Assembly (NCBI GenBank): GCA_964245715.1 | Contig: CAXTNM010000017.1 | Coordinates: 2,911-66,910 of the forward strand | Source: an uncultured Acidobacteriaceae bacterium | Lineage (GTDB): Bacteria > Acidobacteriota > Terriglobia > Terriglobales > Acidobacteriaceae | Length of the DNA: 64,000 bases | Direction of reading: 5' to 3' | In this document: positions 37,365-46,134 of the stretch, piece after piece | Layout: every line of letters starts with the position of its first letter | How positions within the stretch are numbered: the stretch's first letter is position 1 | The notes under the pieces: generated by a model | Told to the model about the DNA's origin: nothing | Databases searched by the model: none | What the model saw: only the letters and a program-made list of their open reading frames with translations | Program-made: the position numbers and the translations under genes

Positions 37365-38444
37365 GTGGACGTTCGAGCGAGTGCGCCAGGTGCCGGTCCG
37401 CCGGCGGAGTTGATCTTCGGGGAGTGGTACCCGGCTGCGCGGGTCGATACGCTCAAGCGCGGCAAGACCTCCACCACGCTGCTGTTGGGTGTACCCCTGC
37501 TGCTCGGCCGGAAGAACGACGGGGGAATCTTCGCGATGAAGGACCTTTGTCCGCATCGTGGCATCCCCTTGTCGGCTGGCTGGTTCGACGGCAACGAGGT
37601 CCAATGCAAGTATCACGGGTGGAAGTTTGAGCCCTGTTCCGGGCAGTGCACGGAGATCCCCTCGTTGACGAGCTTCGATGTGCTGGAGCCGACGAAGATC
37701 TACGCCACAAGCTACCCGTGTGAGGAGCGTGACGGCTTCGCCTGGGTGTACCTGCCGGAGACGGGGTCGGGTAAGCTCAAGGGCGAGCTTCCGCCGGTGC
37801 CGGAGCTACCGAGGTTCTCCGCGAAGTTTCGGTCGGCTCACCTGACGGCCGATCTGCCGTGCAACGTCGACCACGGAATTATCGGCTTGATGGATCCAGC
37901 GCATGGTCCGTTCGTGCACCAGGCCTGGTGGTGGCGATCGCGCGCTTCGATTCACGAGAAGACCAAGCACTTCGAGCCCATTCCGGATGGCTTCCGCATG
38001 TCGGCGCACGCGCCATCCGGGAACTCGGCGCCTTACAAACTGCTGGGGGTGTACGGTGAGGCCATAACGACGACGATCGACTTCGTCTTGCCAAACCGGC
38101 GCTATGAGACGATCCGCTGCGGCGATAAGTGGTTTTCAAGCTTGACGACGGTTACGCCGGTGACGGCATGGACCTGCCGGATTGACGTGCTGGCGGCCTG
38201 GAATGTCTTCTACCGCGTGCCGTTTGTGACTCCAATCGCTACTTATTTTGGAGCGAGATTCGTTCGCCAGGATCAGGAGACGATGATTGAGCAGGCGCAG
38301 GGCCTGCGGTTTCACCCGGCGCTGATGCTGATCGATGACGCCGACAAGCCCGCGAAGTGGTACTTTGCGCTGAAGCAGGCAAGATTGTCCAGGAGCGGTG
38401 TTCATCCGCTGAGCGGCCCGGTCGAGTTGCACTGGCGTAGCTAG
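37365..38444 (+). CDS. Rieske non-heme iron oxygenase, alpha subunit
   Basis: Rieske CPHRG...CKYHG and mononuclear iron site DPAHGPFVH. Start may be GTG 37365 rather than ATG 37344. Confidence 0.88.
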   Translation: MDVRASAPGAGPPAELIFGEWYPAARVDTLKRGKTSTTLLLGVPLLLGRKNDGGIFAMKDLCPHRGIPLSAGWFDGNEVQCKYHGWKFEPCSGQCTEIPSLTSFDVLEPTKIYATSYPCEERDGFAWVYLPETGSGKLKGELPPVPELPRFSAKFRSAHLTADLPCNVDHGIIGLMDPAHGPFVHQAWWWRSRASIHEKTKHFEPIPDGFRMSAHAPSGNSAPYKLLGVYGEAITTTIDFVLPNRRYETIRCGDKWFSSLTTVTPVTAWTCRIDVLAAWNVFYRVPFVTPIATYFGARFVRQDQETMIEQAQGLRFHPALMLIDDADKPAKWYFALKQARLSRSGVHPLSGPVELHWRS

Positions 38445-38576
38445 GCGACTGTTGTGAGCGGTGGGCGCCTGAGCAAGGGCGGCGGCCTATGCTCCTGGCG
38501 CGAAGGCCCATACTTCGACCAGATTCTGGTAACACAGAGCCCTCTTGCGCGCCGTCTCGCCGGTCTCTCAACACCG

Positions 38577-39287
38577 CTACTCAGCTTGCGCGATTGCTAC
38601 GCGGAGGGCAGGGATGCCGCCTTCGCGGACCGCTCCGTGACCGCTTGCGAATCGGGTGATGGGATAGTTCAGCAGGTTCTTCGCACTTTCGAGCGCCAGC
38701 GGCTTCGACCACATGACGAATGTGGGCAGAGGAAAGTACCACGGGGTCCAACCGCACACAGAGAGACGTCCGACGTTGACCAGCGCGTCTCCGGCGTAGA
38801 GGGTGCCGTCGCGTTCGTCGAGGAAGGCGACGTGCCCAGGGATGTGGCCGGGAGTTGCGATGCAGCGAAGCGAGCCGAAGAGTTCGCCTTCAACAAGGAT
38901 GTGGGTGATCGGCGTGGTGATGCCGGGCAGACCTCCGCCGAACTTCTTCTGAGGCTCGTCAGGCAGGAGTGTCTTATCCGCGGGCTTGCGCAGCAGCGGC
39001 AGGGTACGGGCGTTGGCCGCAAGCGTTACGCCGGGAAGGCTGGCGGCGAGAGCATCAACCGAGCCAACGTGATCCATGTGCGCGTGCGTGAGAAGAATTC
39101 GTCTGATCGGTAGTCCAGCGGTCGCTGCTGCGGCGAGGATGGCTGGCGCGCAGTTCGGAAGCGCGGTGTCGATCAAGGTGAAGGAGTCGGACTGACCAGG
39201 GGCGCTCGCTTCACGAACAAGGTAACAATTCACCAGACCGTAGCGGGTGAGTTGGAGCGCGTACTGTCCAATCGGCGTAATCTTCAT
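38577..39287 (-). CDS. Metallo-beta-lactamase-fold hydrolase
   Basis: THAHMDHVG, TPGHIPGH, AGDAL and ASGHG motifs. Confidence 0.9.
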   Translation of the reverse strand: MKITPIGQYALQLTRYGLVNCYLVREASAPGQSDSFTLIDTALPNCAPAILAAAATAGLPIRRILLTHAHMDHVGSVDALAASLPGVTLAANARTLPLLRKPADKTLLPDEPQKKFGGGLPGITTPITHILVEGELFGSLRCIATPGHIPGHVAFLDERDGTLYAGDALVNVGRLSVCGWTPWYFPLPTFVMWSKPLALESAKNLLNYPITRFASGHGAVREGGIPALRVAIAQAE

Positions 39288-39350
39288 GACTGCGTGGCCC
39301 CGAATCCCCTATCGGAATGGCTCAATCGAATTCTGTCGAACCGTCGCCGC

Positions 39351-39464
39351 CTAGATGGTGGGGAAGAACAGATCAATGCTTATGACCAGGATGAGGCCGA
39401 GGAGAATGACGAGCCAGTACCAATTGCGCTCGAGCCAGTGCTCGCGATGCTGCGAAGAACTCAT
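39351..39464 (-). CDS. 37-aa single-pass membrane protein, below the track's length cut-off
   Basis: MSSSQHREHWLERNWYWLVILLGLILVISIDLFFPTI with AAGGGAG RBS 6 nt upstream. Confidence 0.6.
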   Translation of the reverse strand: MSSSQHREHWLERNWYWLVILLGLILVISIDLFFPTI

Positions 39465-39540
39465 GAGAATCTCCCTTGCTTTGTTCTTTTCATGCTAACC
39501 GATGGCGTGGAATTGCGGGTACAAGGAGGCTGACCCGAAC

Positions 39541-39588
39541 GAACTGACGAACTGACGAACTGGCGATCTGGCGATCTGGCGATCTCAC
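39541..39588. repeat. Intergenic 8-bp tandem repeat
   Basis: gaactgac gaactgac gaactggc gatctggc gatctggc gatctcac (six drifting units). Confidence 0.75.
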
Positions 39589-39591
39589 GAA

Positions 39592-40785
39592 TTATGGATG
39601 CGTGGAGATGCTGCGGATAACGACTGGCGTCCTTGGGCGATTCGCGGCGTCGCGGGGGAGGTTCGCGATCGCCTCCAGCACCTTCAGCGAGGATGCATCG
39701 CACTGGCCGATGATGGGGAAGCCGCCGTCAAGCTCGTGCATCGGGTTGAGCGAGAAGAAGAGTTCGCTGTTGTTCGTGTCGGGGCCGCCGTTTCCGAAGG
39801 CAAGACGCCCCGGGCGGTCGAAGGTGAGGCCAGGCGTATTTTCATTTTTGAAGCGAAAGCCGATGTCCGTATCGCCACTGATGTCTCCGGTGATGTCCCC
39901 GAACTGTATGTAATAGTCGGGCAGTACGCGGTCGATCACCTGGCCGTCATAGAACCGGTGATGGTGCTCGATGGTGTGGGTGCGTGGGTCGCTCCAGTCC
40001 CGGGTGCCGTCCGCGAGCGCCAGGAACGTAGCGCTTGCGACCGGGCTCTCTTTACTGAAGAGACGGCAGGAGAGTGTACCTGCGGAGGTCTCGATCACAG
40101 CGACTGGACCCGCAGGTTCCGGCCCTGATGGCGGAGGAAGCGGCGCGGTGCTCTGCGGAGGCAGAATGGCCGAAGCGGGTAGATTTGCTGCAGGCGATGG
40201 CAGGGGTTTGCCGGAGGGAACAATCGTTACGTGATCGATCGCGAAAGGAGTAGCCGGGTGATTGTCGGTATGCGCGAGGGTGTGACGGATATGAGCCACC
40301 AGATCGACGGACGCGGGGTCACATTGGCCGAAGATGACTGCGGTCCCGTCCACCTCTTTATTCGCATGATCCGTGATGAGAAAGCGGGAAGGGCCAGCCT
40401 GATCTTTCGCAGAGATCATTGCGAGCCGACCCGGACGATCGAAGAGCAAGGGTGGCTCACTGTCTGCCAGGAAGGTTGGACCGGCGGGTTGCTCGCCCTG
40501 GCTCGCCCGATTGCCTGCGTTGATGCCGGCTGAGCTGGGATAGATGCGGGTTCCGTCGTAAAAAGGCTGGCCGCGAGCCAGGATGCCGTCGGGGGCGGTC
40601 CAGGCTTGGGTGCCTTCCGCCAGGGCGATGAAGTGCGCGGTGGCCGTTGGGCGCTGTTGCGTAAAGAGGCTGCAGGTAATGCGGCCGGCGGTCGTGTCGA
40701 TCACGGCCGAGGGCTCAAACTGCGCGAGTCCCGGGATTGCTGGAGCGCAGGTGAGGACCGCGGCTAAAAGGGAGGCTTGGCGCAT
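39592..40785 (-). CDS. Exported peptidyl-prolyl isomerase with two cyclophilin-like domains
   Basis: Signal peptide MRQASLLAAVLTCAPAIPGLA; two TTAGRITC/TSAGTLSC...FDRPGRLA...FGQC/IGQC repeats. Confidence 0.85.
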   Translation of the reverse strand: MRQASLLAAVLTCAPAIPGLAQFEPSAVIDTTAGRITCSLFTQQRPTATAHFIALAEGTQAWTAPDGILARGQPFYDGTRIYPSSAGINAGNRASQGEQPAGPTFLADSEPPLLFDRPGRLAMISAKDQAGPSRFLITDHANKEVDGTAVIFGQCDPASVDLVAHIRHTLAHTDNHPATPFAIDHVTIVPSGKPLPSPAANLPASAILPPQSTAPLPPPSGPEPAGPVAVIETSAGTLSCRLFSKESPVASATFLALADGTRDWSDPRTHTIEHHHRFYDGQVIDRVLPDYYIQFGDITGDISGDTDIGFRFKNENTPGLTFDRPGRLAFGNGGPDTNNSELFFSLNPMHELDGGFPIIGQCDASSLKVLEAIANLPRDAANRPRTPVVIRSISTHP

Positions 40786-40889
40786 ACGCTGGTCATACAT
40801 CGAGTGCCGCAAGGCAAGTTGAGATACGTCATTGTCAAAAGCGGCGCCCGCTTCGTGGGGTGTGAGACGGCTCGCCGTGAAGGCATCGC

Positions 40890-43610
40890 CTAGAAGGCCG
40901 CGACGCCCTCTTCTACGACTAGTTCGTCGACTGAGATGTTCATGGCCTGGCCAAGCTCCTTGAAGCCGGCCTTCCACTCTGGCGACCAGTAAGCAGAGTC
41001 GGACCGCTGCAGGAGGTCGTTCCAGATGTTCTGCGCCTGCCAGATGTTCACTTCGAAGGGCATGGTGCCTATACATTCCGCGATTTCAAGTGCCCCGTGG
41101 AGAGCGCGCAGCGAGGCCTCGGGATGCTGGTCAGCGACGGAAGCTTCAAGGCGAACCATGGCGCGCTTCATCCGCTGGCCGGCTGCGAACGCGAGGATAT
41201 GGGTGTCGAGCGTGACGTGGTCGACGTTGCCCCGGTTGAGCAGATCGGCCACAACATCCGCTTCAAACTCCTCTGCTTCGATCGCCCGGCGGAGGCTCGC
41301 GTTAATCGCAAAGCTTGCGGCCAGCGCAAGCGCGGGCGGCGGATTCATCCCGGATTCGGTGAGGAAGTGCAGCAGCGAGGCATGATCCTCATAGATTTTG
41401 CGGAGCGACTCCTCCATTTCACCGACGGTTTGATTAAGGATGGTGTTCAGGATGCGGTGCTGCTCATCAGCGAAAAGGGAAGTTAGCGAGTAAACAATCG
41501 GCACTTCGGCTTGCGACGCCGCCGGAGCTTCGGGCGGCGGAGTAAGGTCATGGGCGATGCCGGAAGGATTGGCTCCAGGTGCATCAGCAGTCTGGCCAGG
41601 CTGAGGGTTCTGCGGGTCAAGATCGATGTGTGCGGGAGCTTCGGCGGGCTGCTTGCGACGGTCGATTCCCTTCGCGAAGAAGCGATCGATGAGGCGGATG
41701 ACCTCTGGGAGATTCGCCTTGCGTATCGCCGTGCGAACGTCCGAGGAGAAGGTTAGAAAGGCAACGGCGTCGGCATCGGTGTAGCGGCGAACGGCTGCGG
41801 AGAGGTTCTGGTCGCCGAGGTGAAGGACGGCATAACAGATCTCTTCGGATTCCTCCGTAATGCGCGAGCGGACGCGGGCGCGACCGAGCGCGACCTTTCC
41901 GCGGCCTGAGGTGAAGACCTCGTGCGTGTCGCGATGCAACGAAAAGCAGAAGAGCTCACCATCCTCGGGATAGCTGCGGAAGATGGACGAGATGGCATAG
42001 TGAGCGCCCACCTGTTCAAGGCCGATCTTCATGCCGTTGACGTAGCGGGTGTAGATGTCGGCGCCTGTCTTGTACTGGGGATCGTTCGGGATGGCCTGGG
42101 CGAGGATCAACAGGAACTTTGGTTCGAGAGATCTCGCCTCTTCGCCGAAAAGCTTGCCGGCGAGTTGGAGCACGCGGCCGGCGTAGGCGATAATCTGCAC
42201 GGTCTCGATGCCGGAGATCTCGTCGAAGAACCAGCCGCACGAGGTGTACATCAGCTGGGTGTGGCGCTCGAGTTCCATGAGCTCAAGGACGCAGGTCCGC
42301 TCTTCCGGCGAGAGCAGTCGTGTGGCATGAGTTTCGAGGAATCGGTCGATTGACTCATCCGAGCGATCAAGGATGATCTCGATAAATGCATCGCGCGCGG
42401 CCCAGAGATCAAGCAGAAGACCTTCGGCAAGCTTCTCTGCGAGTGGCGCGGTCGCATCGCGTAGATAGTCGAGGGCATCGCGCAGTGGCGCGCGCCACTT
42501 CTGGTTCCAGCCAACCTTGCCGCCGTTGCAGCCGCAGTCGGAGCGCCAGCGCTCCACACCATGGGCGCACGACCAGGAAGTATTTTCCTCGATCTCGGCC
42601 TCCCAGGAAGGAGGGAACAGCGCCATGAATTCAGCGTAGTTGGTGAGGCGGGCGAAGCCGTTGTCTTCGATGTAGTGCATGGCGAAGGAGAGTGCCATCT
42701 CACCATGTTTGTGATGATGCCCGTAGGACTCGCCATCGGTGGCGACATGCGAAAGTTGTGCAGGTCGGCTGGACTCGGTGGAGGTAGTAAAGCCTTCGAG
42801 CAGGCGACTACCAAACTTCTCGCCGGAGTCAAGGAGCCCTTCAAACGCGATGGCGCGGGAGTTCGGTCCGTTGTAGAAGAAGACGGTAAGCGACCGGCCT
42901 TCGTTGAGCTTCACCAGGTAAGGCTGGGTAGGATCGACGCTGGCTTCGGGAGTTTCGATCCACGCTGGCGTCGCGGTCTTTGCGTCACCCAGTTTGCGCA
43001 CGCGGGCACATTGATTCGGGGCAAGAATGGTGAACTTAATGCCTTCGCGGGCAAGCAGATCAAGCGTGGCGCGGTTGGCGGCGGTCTCGGCCAGCCACAT
43101 GCCTTCGGGCTTGCGACCAAAGCGAAACTCGAAGTCGGCGATTCCCCAGCGAATCTGTGTCAGGGCGTCGCGCTCATTCGCAAGCGGCATGATGATGTGG
43201 TTATAAACCTGCGCGACGGCAGAACCGTGCCCGCTGTAGCGCAGCGCGCTCACCCGGTCCGCTTCGAGGATCATGTGGTAGGCGCGGGGTGCCTTATCAT
43301 GCAGCCAGGAGAGCAGCGTCGGCCCGAAGTTGAAGCTCATGCGCGCATAGTTGTTGAGAATGCGGATAATCTCGTTCTGCTTGTTCTGAATACGCGACGC
43401 GCCGTTGGGTGCGTAGCATTCGGCGGTGATGCGGTCGTTCCAGTCGTGATAAGGCGCGGCGGAGTCCTGCACCTCGACCGTTTCGAGCCACGGGTTCTCC
43501 CGCGGTGGCTGATAGAAGTGGCCGTGAACGCAGACATAGCGGTTCGCTGGAGGGCTCGGTGGAGAAGCGGGCTTCGGAATCGGTGGAGCGGATTTGCGCG
43601 CGGTCGGCAT
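40890..43610 (-). CDS. Glycoside hydrolase family 57 with DUF3536
   Basis: VHGHFYQPPRENPW, GMWLAET, ATDGESYGHH, SWSCAHGVERW and MYTSCGWFFD motifs. Confidence 0.9.
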   Translation of the reverse strand: MPTARKSAPPIPKPASPPSPPANRYVCVHGHFYQPPRENPWLETVEVQDSAAPYHDWNDRITAECYAPNGASRIQNKQNEIIRILNNYARMSFNFGPTLLSWLHDKAPRAYHMILEADRVSALRYSGHGSAVAQVYNHIIMPLANERDALTQIRWGIADFEFRFGRKPEGMWLAETAANRATLDLLAREGIKFTILAPNQCARVRKLGDAKTATPAWIETPEASVDPTQPYLVKLNEGRSLTVFFYNGPNSRAIAFEGLLDSGEKFGSRLLEGFTTSTESSRPAQLSHVATDGESYGHHHKHGEMALSFAMHYIEDNGFARLTNYAEFMALFPPSWEAEIEENTSWSCAHGVERWRSDCGCNGGKVGWNQKWRAPLRDALDYLRDATAPLAEKLAEGLLLDLWAARDAFIEIILDRSDESIDRFLETHATRLLSPEERTCVLELMELERHTQLMYTSCGWFFDEISGIETVQIIAYAGRVLQLAGKLFGEEARSLEPKFLLILAQAIPNDPQYKTGADIYTRYVNGMKIGLEQVGAHYAISSIFRSYPEDGELFCFSLHRDTHEVFTSGRGKVALGRARVRSRITEESEEICYAVLHLGDQNLSAAVRRYTDADAVAFLTFSSDVRTAIRKANLPEVIRLIDRFFAKGIDRRKQPAEAPAHIDLDPQNPQPGQTADAPGANPSGIAHDLTPPPEAPAASQAEVPIVYSLTSLFADEQHRILNTILNQTVGEMEESLRKIYEDHASLLHFLTESGMNPPPALALAASFAINASLRRAIEAEEFEADVVADLLNRGNVDHVTLDTHILAFAAGQRMKRAMVRLEASVADQHPEASLRALHGALEIAECIGTMPFEVNIWQAQNIWNDLLQRSDSAYWSPEWKAGFKELGQAMNISVDELVVEEGVAAF

Positions 43611-43840
43611 CTGTGTTGATTCGATGCTACCGGAATGGGTCAGGCGGAGGTTGGATGGAACGTGAAAAACTGGGCCGCCCTAGAGTGCACGACAAAGTCT
43701 CGACGACGTGATGCTTGTGCAGCATTCCACCATCGGCGCCCCAGCCCCGTCGGACGCTTGCGACGAGAAAGCGGCCTCCACAGCACGGATTGTACGAGAG
43801 CACTCCCCTATGTTCGATTTAGGGGAGAAGCGTTCCAGGA

Positions 43841-44010
43841 TTAATAACTCCAGCAGAAGCCGCGAAGCAGTTCAGCTTTCTGAGCATGTTTGTGGGCATC
43901 GACAATCTGGTGCCAAGCCAACTTACGCGAGAACGGCTTGGCTGGAGACCGAAGGAGCGCGGTCTGCTCGAGGACCTCGCGAAGGCAGACCACTTCAAGG
44001 ACAAGGCAAT
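43841..44010 (+). pseudogene. Remnant C-terminus of an NAD-dependent epimerase/extended SDR
   Basis: ITPAEAAKQFSFLSMFVGIDNLVPSQLTRERLGWRPKERGLLEDL resembles SDR C-termini; in-frame TAG at 43820 and no Rossmann N-terminus. Confidence 0.6.
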
Positions 44011-44029
44011 CTACCTCCTGGCTTCCCAC

Positions 44030-44740
44030 CTACGGCGCCTTCTTTTCCTGTGCGGCAAGATCGCACGCACGCCATAGATACCAACTCGCGACAGAGCACC
44101 ACGGGTGCCACTTCTTCGCGCGTTTCTCCATCACGTCCGGTCTGGGAAGGTCAGCTGGAGTGACCTTATCGGCTGGCTTGAGCTTGCCAAAGGTGAGAGC
44201 AAAACCCTTGCGGATGCCATAGTCGTTCGTCGGAAGAATGTCCGGACGGCCAAGCCGGAAGATGAGGAACATCTCAACGGTCCAGCGCCCGATGCCGCGT
44301 ACCTGGGTGAGGTGTTCGATGATGGCTTCATCTGACATTCTTCGAATCCTTGCAAGCGTCGGCACGGTTCCGTCCACCGTTTTGGCGGCGAGATCGCGCA
44401 CAGCGAGCGCCTTATTGTGCGAGAGCCCGGCCAGTCGAAGCTGTTCGTTCGGGCATTCGAGCAGATGCTGAGGGCTGGGGTGAATGCCGAGTCCTGCGAT
44501 CGGGTAGAAGCTGCTGATGAGCTTCGTATGGATCGCGGCGGCTGCCTTCCCATGGAGCTGTTGATAGATGATGGACTCCAAGAGCGCCTCGAAGGGAGAC
44601 TGCTGCGAGGCGAGCTTCATGGTAAACGGGCCGGCTCGGGCGATGAGTCTGGCGAGTTTCGGATCGGCGTCTGAAAGACTCTGGACGGCGAGCCCGTTAT
44701 CGTAGGCGGGAGTGCGCGTGCGTGGGTGAACTCGGGGCAT
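44030..44740 (-). CDS. alkA: DNA-3-methyladenine glycosylase II (HhH-GPD family)
   Basis: SIIYQQL, AGLSHNK, LTQVRGIGRWTVEMFL..LGRPD and WHPWCSVASWYLW motifs. Confidence 0.88.
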   Translation of the reverse strand: MPRVHPRTRTPAYDNGLAVQSLSDADPKLARLIARAGPFTMKLASQQSPFEALLESIIYQQLHGKAAAAIHTKLISSFYPIAGLGIHPSPQHLLECPNEQLRLAGLSHNKALAVRDLAAKTVDGTVPTLARIRRMSDEAIIEHLTQVRGIGRWTVEMFLIFRLGRPDILPTNDYGIRKGFALTFGKLKPADKVTPADLPRPDVMEKRAKKWHPWCSVASWYLWRACDLAAQEKKAP

Positions 44741-45145
44741 GACTGGTTGCAGATTAAATGACGTGCGATGTTCGAAACGGGAATTCGAGCCCTTAGAGAT
44801 CTGTTTACGACGTGAATTCAGCAATCAGATGGGGTTCAGGGAGTTCCTGGCACGACAGGTAGTGCCCGATCAGACCTGCGGATTCGATAATCGCAAACGC
44901 ATCAGAAAAAAACCGGATGAACGTGAGTCGCGTCACAGGAGGTGCGAATTCTGGCTGCTATAGTGGAAGTTCTAAGGGACTGACTCCTTCACGATCCGCG
45001 TACGACGAGAAAGTTCTATCCCGGTTTTCCTCCGTACGGGGGCCTATCGGGCAGGCGCATTGGTGGACGAGGAAGGGCAACCAGAACGAAGCGGCTCGCA
45101 GGCAAGCGGGTTGTGGAATCGACGCAGAGGAAGCAGGAAGCACTC

Positions 45146-46099
45146 ATGGCGCAAGTTTTTGACCGTAGTTCGAACGCGTTGGCCCGGGCAAGCCTGGTAC
45201 TCTCCGGCCTTATCGTAATCGCGCTCGGGGTTGGCTTGAATGAATTGCAGCGTTCCCCGTGGGTGACGCGGCAGGGCCAGCGTCCGGACCAGCCGGTACC
45301 GTTCAGCCATAAGCACCACGTGGAAGGGCTTGGCCTTCAATGTCAGTACTGCCACACCCAAGTTGAGAAAGCCGCCTACGCCGGTATTCCCCCGACGAAG
45401 ACCTGCATCAACTGCCATGCGCAGATCTGGACGAACGCCGAGTTGTTGGAGCCGGTACGGCATAGCTGGGCGTCAGGTGAGTCAATCAACTGGATTCGTG
45501 TACACGATCTACCCGATTACGTGTACTTCAACCACGAGATCCATGTGAACAAGGGCATCGGCTGCGCGAGCTGCCACGGACGCGTCGACGAGATGCCGCT
45601 CATGTACCAGCAAAACTCGCTGCAGATGGAATGGTGCCTGAACTGCCATCGCAATCCTGCTCCAAACCTTCGCCCAACCTCGGAGATCTACAACATGTCC
45701 TGGAATGGCGCAAGCAGCGGCAAGCCTGTGTGGTGCGCTGAGACAGATAAGAACGGTAGCGCAAATGGCGCGTACGTTGACGGGACCAGAACCCCGACCG
45801 CCCAGGCAGTCAGCTGCACCACGACGGATCCAGGCAGCAAGAATCCTACGGTTGCCATGCTCCAGAGCTTCACCCAGGGGGCCGCAAGCATGAGTCAGTC
45901 GCACTCCGGCACGATGGGCAGCCCGAATGCGACCGTCGGCGAAGACGAGACGGTCAGCGACACGCCGCCCGCATCCATGCCGCTGCCGACCAGCTACCAC
46001 AAATTCACCAATCAGGATGACCTGGGCAGGTATCTGACGGGACAGTATCATTTGCGCACACCGAATCAGCTTTCGAGCTGCGAGGTCTGCCACCGATGA
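45146..46099 (+). CDS. actA: Alternative complex III pentaheme cytochrome c
   Basis: Five CxxCH motifs (CQYCH, CINCH, CASCH, CLNCH, CEVCH), QPVPFSHKHH and an N-terminal membrane anchor. Confidence 0.92.
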   Translation: MAQVFDRSSNALARASLVLSGLIVIALGVGLNELQRSPWVTRQGQRPDQPVPFSHKHHVEGLGLQCQYCHTQVEKAAYAGIPPTKTCINCHAQIWTNAELLEPVRHSWASGESINWIRVHDLPDYVYFNHEIHVNKGIGCASCHGRVDEMPLMYQQNSLQMEWCLNCHRNPAPNLRPTSEIYNMSWNGASSGKPVWCAETDKNGSANGAYVDGTRTPTAQAVSCTTTDPGSKNPTVAMLQSFTQGAASMSQSHSGTMGSPNATVGEDETVSDTPPASMPLPTSYHKFTNQDDLGRYLTGQYHLRTPNQLSSCEVCHR

Positions 46100-46134
46100 A
46101 AGAGACACGCGGATTACAGCAGGCGCTGGAGACT

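Noticed and set aside
39541-39588. CRISPR array
   Set aside because: Units are 8 bp, contiguous and lack spacers; no cas genes and no repeat-spacer array were seen in the window.
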